Shown piece after piece: positions 56,561 through 64,000 of a stretch of 64,000 nt of DNA. Both the position numbers and the translations under genes were made by a program. A model generated the notes under the pieces. It did no database searches, was not told the origin of the DNA, and saw only the letters and a program-made list of their open reading frames with translations. Within the stretch, counting starts at the first letter, position 1. Every line of letters begins with the position of its first letter. Source of the stretch: the human T2T-CHM13v2.0 reference genome, Homo sapiens; assembly GCF_009914755.1 (NCBI RefSeq), contig NC_060925.1; one strand, written 5' to 3'.

Positions 56561-57372
56561 CAGCTGACCATGGGTGCTTCCGGATGCTTGGCATTGGAGG
56601 TTTCTGTCCTCTGCTGGAAGGATTCCTGGAGTGAGGGCAGCAGAGGGCACCCAGATGGAGGCACTGCCGGACGCACAGGGGCGATGGTTGGGGGGCGCCT
56701 GGGAGCCACCTTCCCTTGTCTCTGGGGGGTGACCCTTGACCTTGGTGGCCTCAGTTTTCTCATCTGTAAAGTGGTGCACACGATACCTGCTCCGTCCTCC
56801 TCACTGAATTGTCCTGAGATCAGGTGTGGTCGTGAATATTAAACATGCGGATTGCAACCCTAGACAGAGCTCCCTTGGACGGTTGAGCAGATGCAGCCAG
56901 GTGTGGGTCCGGCTGTGGGCGGAGGGGGTCACACGGGGCCGAGTGGCTTCAGCGAGAGTCCATAGGACATGGAGAGTCCCGGCCGTGGTGAGGACACGGG
57001 GTTGCGGCAGCTCACGCCCACTGCAGTGTCCGGAAGGCGGTGCTAGGTCCACCTCATTTACGGGGTCGGGCTCTCATTCTCCCCATTGTACAGCCCAGCC
57101 TGTAGAGGCAGGTGAGGTCCAGGCCATGGGCCTGTGGGCCGTGCCACGTCGCTCAGATTTTGTGGTGTCGGTGGTGGGAGCCGCCGGGGAAAGCCGTCAT
57201 CCTGGAGCCGGGCGAGAGAGGGCCAGGGCAGTGGGGTGGACTCCAGAAATGTCCAGTAGCAGAATTGCCAGACCTGGCCATTGGCTGGGGTGTTGAGGGA
57301 GACGTCTCCAGGGATGTCCAGTGTCTCCCAGTCTGGGCAAGCGGAGGAGCCGGCCAGCATGGGCCATTTCAT

Positions 57373-57562
57373 CGGGGCCCTCCCTGGGGGCAGCCAAGGA
57401 CCTAAAACCAATGGGTCCCAACCAAGAGGATCCCAGAGGTGAGACACAGAACGGCCAGGGCTGAATCCGGGGCCCTCCCTGGGGGCAGCCAAGGACCTAA
57501 AACCAATGGGTCCCAACCAAGAGGATCCCAGAGGTGAGAAACAGAACGGCCAGGGCTGAATC
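57373..57562. repeat. Near-perfect tandem duplication, 95 bp x 2
   Basis: cggggccctccctgggggcagccaaggacctaaaaccaatgggtcccaaccaagaggatcccagaggtgagaMacagaacggccagggctgaatc at 57373 and 57468. Confidence 0.95.
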
Positions 57563-57718
57563 TGCCTCCAGCGGGGGCCCCGGGCGTGATCAGAGCAGGC
57601 AGGACCTTTCTTCCCTCTCTGCAGCTCCGGCACTGGCTTCCTCCGTTCAGGCTTCATCCCCGGTCAGGGGGCTCCTGGTCCCGTGGCAGCCCCGTGGCTC
57701 CTGGGTCGCAGCTTCATG

Positions 57719-57872
57719 GGGGAAACAGAGGGTACTCCTCTGGTACCAGGGTCCCCTGAATCTCCGGAGTCCCCCAAGTCCATTGAGTCCACTGGGCCCG
57801 AAGAGGGAAACAGAGACTCCTCTGGTACGAAGGTCCCCCAAGTCCCTGGAGTCCCCTGAGTCCACTGGGCCC
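57719..57872. repeat. Diverged tandem duplication, about 85 bp
   Basis: gggaaacagag..actcctctggtac...gagtccactgggccc occurs twice. Confidence 0.8.
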
Positions 57873-59812
57873 TCGACACCCTTGGGTCACTTGTCCACCC
57901 TCACACCATCGCTGGCCCAGGGAATGGGGGTTTGGATCGGCCTTGGTGACTGTGGGCCTCTGCCTGAAACCCTGTGAGTGTGGGTGGGGTGGGCTGGGTC
58001 CTGAGAGAGCTGGGAGCAGCGGAGTGAAGGGGGCTGGGGTGGGGCTGGTGACAGTGGAGTCCCTGTGGGGGGCAGGGCTGGTGGACAGTAGAGTCCCTGT
58101 AGGGGCTGGTGACAGTGGACTCTGTGGGGCCAGGGTGGGGCTGGTGGACGGTGTAGTTCCTGAGAGACCAAGCCGGAAGGTGAGGGACTGGAAGCTTGCA
58201 CACGTCCCTGCGGCCTTCCCCTCGGGTGCGAGGCCTGCCATCCTGAGCTCCCCCACCCTACCCCGTGCCCGCCCTGAGGGCGGGACCCAGGCCAGTTCAC
58301 ACAGCATGGCGAGGTAAGGGCTCAGGATGGAAGGCAGGAGGAAAGTTGGGCCTGCTGCACCCATGGGTATTGCGGCAGGGAAGGCGAGGAGGAGCCGAGG
58401 TGGGTGCTGGGAGCTGTGGGGCTGGCTGTGCGTGTTGGGCCTAACTCGGGCTGAGCTGAGGTTACTGAGCCCTCAGGAGGGTGCTGTGGGAAAAGAAAGA
58501 GGCAGAGAAGGTGTCTTTGGACCACTTAGGGGACGGGGAGGGAACCCCACGGCAACTGTGAAGGTCTGGGGCACAGCCAGGGAGGGTCCCAGGTTGACAG
58601 GGACAGGCGGGGTGGGGGTGCAACATGGAGGCCTGGGGCTGAGCCTCCGAGAAGTGATGGGCAGGATGAGGGGGCCAGAGGGGATCACGCAACAAGGGGT
58701 GCACCTTGGTGGTCTGGGTGTCTCCAGAGAAGCTGGTTGTCAGGACTCAAGAGGCGGACAGGGAGGGGCTGGGGTTAGGGAAGAGTGTGTGGCAGGGGGA
58801 GGAAGGGAGCCTGGTTGCCGGGTCACCTGGCATTGGGAGCTGTCCCCTGCCTGCTGCGCCCCGCCTGCCATTGTTGGAGTTCTCCAGTCTGGGCTGGTCG
58901 GGATGAGGAACTGGCGGGGCTGCTGCCGGCCTGGACTCAGGACCCTCACCCTCCAGCCCGCACCCTCGACTCCCCACCAGCCAGACCCTCTGTCCTGGTG
59001 TGGACAGCACCCACATCCTGGCTCCACCCTTGTTTCTTGCCCTTTGACCTACAGCCTCAGGACGTGCAGGAGGGAGGTACGTAGGCACTTGTGGGTCCGG
59101 CCTCCTGACCGACCGTCCATCCACCACCAGGCTTCTGGATGTTCACCCATGTGGGAGAGACGGGTGTCGGGGAAGGGACCACAGCTTCCTTTCAGAAGAC
59201 CCGGGAAGGGCAGTGCCGTGTGCCAGCCTCCCAGTTGGCACCTTCCTTTCACCTTAGTCGTCTTCGAGGCGATGTTTCCTCGGGACAAGTCATTTTCATG
59301 AATCTGCTGTAAAACGTCTCCCAAACTCCAAGTGTTTCCCAAACTGAGTGAAAATCGCTGCAGAATGTGGTTTCCAGCAGAGCTTTTCCCCTCTCCTTCC
59401 TTCACCTCTGCCTGGGTTACAGGGTGCGGGTTCCAGGAGTCTGCCTAGAAGGCAAAAAACAGGCTTTGCTTAGAATCCCCTAAATTGCTCATAAAACACA
59501 GTGTTTGACGTTTATGTGTAGACATGATCCTTATGTGGGTTAAGCTGAGGCCCCTGCCCCAGTGACACAGAGGCCTCAAACGGCACAGTGCACCTTCTGT
59601 CCGAAGCAGCCAGCGAGGCGGCCCGCGAACCTCTGACGTGCTCCATTGCAATGAGGATGAACGAGCCTCAGGCGGAGGGTCAGCCTGGAACCCCTGCCCC
59701 GTGAACACCAGCCAGCTTCATGCTGAGGACCCCTCAGTCCAACCCAGAGGCCCATGCTGAGGTCCCGGCATGGGGGACTGTGGGGTGCAGCCGCCGCTTG
59801 GAGTGGAGGTGA

Positions 59813-60248
<436 letters not shown>

Positions 60249-61752
60249 CCATTTTCTTTACATTTGTGACTTACAGTCATCAGCTGAAGGAAAGACAGTG
60301 GCTTGGCTAGGGCCTGCCCACTGCTGGCCGAGGCTGGCCGGGTCACCCAGGTGCCTGCCTCTCCTGCTCTGGAGCCGGGCACTGCCTGAGGGCCTGCAGC
60401 ACCAGTCAGGGCCCCGGGGGATCCCTCCAGGGTCTCAGTTCTGACTAGCGAGTACCTCGATTCATGAGTATGTTTTTTAATGTAAGGTTTTAACGTAAGG
60501 TTTAAAAAGGCAGCCGCCCCGTTTCCTCCCCACTGGTCTCGCCTTCAGCAGTGATTTGTGGTGACTGTGACGTTCTCTTCGGTGGGCTGCCTGTGGATCG
60601 CCAAGTATGTGCTCCTGCTGCTTCTACCTGATGTCTCCCCATCTTGGGCTTTGAGGGGGGCTCATCCGGGGCATTCATATTTTCTGCCCGAGTTCGCTCC
60701 TGACCCAGGGCAGGTGGAAGCCAGCAGGTGAGGACCAGGGTGTCAGCCAGAAACTCGGAAGTGGCACAGAGGCAGCATCCGATAGCCCCTTTGTCAGAGG
60801 CGACCAGGGCCTTGAGTGAGCTGGGATGGACTTCTCTTATCCTGACATCCTGGAAGGGGGTGCAGCCTGCCTGTCTGTGTCCCAGTTGAGTTGGCAACAT
60901 TTTTTGTCTTTCCTCATGATGCACGAAGTAGTGGTATCTCTGAGAGCCAATGGCAGCCTAGCTGCCGTGGAGAATGCTGGGGGGTGGGTGAGAGTTGGGG
61001 CACAGAGGACTCATGGGGCAGAGGCTGTGGTCCAGTCCTTGTGGGGGTGACTCCAGGGATGGCAGGTGGGTGGTGTGGCCAAGGAGGAGGGAGGTCAAGG
61101 CACTGGTGTTGGGGCAGGGAGAAGGGACCGCAGTGCCCATGTGTTTGAGGGAGGGGAGATGATGGTGTGGGAGTGTAGAGAGGGCGGGGGCCCAGCCCAC
61201 AGCATCCATGCCCTGGGGATTGGGTGCCACCGGTCAAGGGCTCCACGGGGCTGGCTCTGGGGGAGGGAGAGCGGGCGCCATGTTGTGTGTGTGGTGCGTG
61301 TGGCGCGTGGGTGAGGGTATGGCCGGCTGCGTAAGTTTGTGGAAGCGTTCGGAATGCTCAGGAGATAAAAACAGCAGAGGGCTGCACCCCCCCACCCTCC
61401 CACCCCAGCTTTTCTCCAGGAGGACGCTCCGTCGTGGCCTGGGAGGACGTGGAAGGAGGGACCCCGGATGCAGGGCAGGTTCGTCTTGTGTGTTGAGAAC
61501 GTGCTCTCCAGGGATCTGTGTTAATACAGGTAGCCCAAGCACAGTGTCCAATGAGGGAAGGAACATTTGAAACAGAAGAGATGACTTATTTTGTTGGACA
61601 AAAAAGGAATATGGTGGACATTAATTCTTAGAAGAGGTTTTATTTGAAACAAGTCACAAAAATAATCAAACAGCAGGTTGACTTTGGAGTTCAACTCACA
61701 AAATTTAAGCTTACAGAGCAAATAAAATAAGCTGAAGAAAAAGATAAGATGA

Positions 61753-62095
<343 letters not shown>

Positions 62096-62709
62096 TCAGC
62101 TTTTCTTATGGAAAGAATGTTACGGCCTGGGTGCCTCCATTCTCTGATTTCTTTTTCTTTCTTGACTTTTTAAAATTGAAACAAAACTCCCTAAAACATG
62201 AAATCTGAAGCGTTCAACTCCACGAGTTTTTACAAAGCAAACTGCACCGCGTCACATAGCTGATCCGTGTGTAGCTTGTCCTCTGGACGCGGGGCCACCC
62301 CCACACCCCGAGGTGACCCCAGGCGTAACCTACCCGTCCCCGGCCTTGGTGCCTGCAGATAGTTTTGCTTGTTTCGAGCTTTTGTCTTGGGATCCGGGGC
62401 CATCCACCCTGGGTGTGGCCGCTCAGTCGGGCCCCTGTGTGGGGCTTTCCCGTGGTGTGGGGTGCGGTTCTGCCGTGTCCGTCCCCACTGCGGGGCTGCT
62501 CTGCTGGCTGAATTCTCCACGTCTTATGTATCCACCCTCATCTTGCGAGGCACCGGGGTCCCGGCTTTTGGCCACAGACATCCGAGCGCCTTCTGTTGCC
62601 CGTGGCGCATCTTTCATGTGGGCACACCCAGGAGTGGAGTTTCCGGGAAACAGACGTTTCCCTCGCGTGGCCGCACCAGGTCGCACTCTGCACTGTGTTT
62701 CTGCCTCCA

Positions 62710-63420
62710 GTTATGTGGGGTTTTCTGCACCCACAGCCACTCTGGCGCCAGCTGGGTGTCCTGTGTTTCCATTCAGCTCTGACATCAATTACCTGACGTT
62801 AGCGCAGACCCTGCAGATGAAGGGCTCATTCCCACAAGCCTGCCCCTACTTGAGAGCCAGCTGCAAGTGCCAGGTGACAACCTGGATTCTGACCAACTGG
62901 CTGTGAATCGGGGGTGTCCGTGACCCCTTCCTGAGGCTCGGGTGGGCTAGAATAGCTCCCGGAACTCAGGAAAACACTTTGCTTAGTGTACCCGTTTATT
63001 AGAAAGGACAGCCACACGGAGGAGCTGCACGGGAGGCTGAGGTATGGGGGGTGCAGAGCTTCCGTGCCCTCTCCAGGCACGCCACCCTCCAGCACCTTGG
63101 TATATTCACCAACTCGGACACTCTCCAGACCATGTCATTGAGGGCTTTTTGTGGAGGCTTCGTGACAGGCACGGTTGATTCAACAGCCAGCCACTGCTGA
63201 TTACCTCAGTCTCTCCTGTCTCCTCTCTGGACCGTGGGCTGTGGGACGGAAAGTTCCAACCCGCTAGGCATTCCTTGGTCCTGCTGAAGACCAGCCGCAT
63301 CCTGGAGCTGTCCCGGCTCCCGGCTCCCCGTCATCTCATTAGCATGCAAAAAGACACTCTTACCGCACTCCAGGATTCCTAGGGTCAGAGGGGCTGCGCG
63401 CCGGGAAACTGAGACAAAGG
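62710..63420. mobile_element. LTR remnant, MER21-like
   Basis: ccagctgggtgtcct...ttagcgcagaccc...aagggctca...tctgaccaactggctgtgaatcggggg...gaactcaggaaaacact resembles recalled MER21. Confidence 0.6.
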
Positions 63421-64000
63421 CTGAATCTGTGTTGATGGCACAGTCACTCTGGGTCGTGTGGGAATTCCCGATGCACCTCCTTCCAGCACATGGACTGTCA
63501 GAGCCCTGCGTTGTCGCCAGCACAGCAGATCTGAAAGGCACTAGGCTGTGGCCTCGCGACGGCTGAGGTGAGCTGCTTCTCCGAGGCTCCCGGGTTATTG
63601 GGGACCCTCCTTTTAAAGGTGCCTGTTCCAGTCTTTTGCCCCATTTCAAAATTGGGCTGTCAAAGAACAATGTCATTGGGGGGTCCGTCTTTTTTGTTGG
63701 TTCCTGGGGGCTGTGTGTGTTTTAGAGACAAGTGCTTTGATTTTTTGTGTTGCAAACAGCTTCTGTCACTCCGCGGCTCGCCTTCCACTCCATGGATGGT
63801 GTCTTCTGATGAACAGAAAGTAAAAGCTTACTTTATAATTAGGGCTTTTGCGTCCTGGCTGTGTGTGGGGCCTCTTTCTGGACTGATCTGTCCCCTTTGT
63901 TTTTTGCCCCCATGTCGTACTGTTCTGATTTCTTCTGCTTTATAATCACCATTGGTAACTTGTGTTATGAGTCTCCAATTTGGGGTTTTTAGTTTTCAAG

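Noticed and set aside
58327-59301. 324 aa ORF, the longest in the track
   Set aside because: Gly/Arg/Pro-rich with no recognisable domain; expected by chance in GC-rich, stop-poor DNA.

Overview
Human (primate) genomic DNA, not microbial: GC-rich, dense in Alu, L1, MIR and LTR repeats, and rich in minisatellites. It is the 5' part of PRKCZ (protein kinase C zeta; from recall, subtelomeric 1p36.33), on the + strand. Coding exons 2, 3 and 4 (2960-3081, 4003-4092, 7060-7110) splice in frame to (G)[87 protein letters not shown](K), the PB1 domain. Exon 1 lies upstream and exon 5 downstream of the window, so 7111-64000 is the large intron 4. That intron holds the known brain PKMzeta internal promoter (perfect CRE at 21131) with a uORF-laden first exon ending at 21448, and a short coding first exon (MLTPRTD, donor after 21794). 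There are further candidate first exons near 19.0, 29.9 and 52.4 kb, a solo LTR10-family LTR with an AP-1 array, and several minisatellites carrying transcription-factor motifs. The most interesting system is this array of alternative first exons, which could each feed exon 5 and so determine whether the kinase keeps its PB1 domain and pseudosubstrate and how strongly uORFs repress it. Part of this is established (PKMzeta); the rest is inference. I see no CRISPR array, RNA gene or prokaryotic-type system, and almost all ORFs in the supplied track are spurious. Repeat subfamily names and boundaries were assigned by eye and are approximate.
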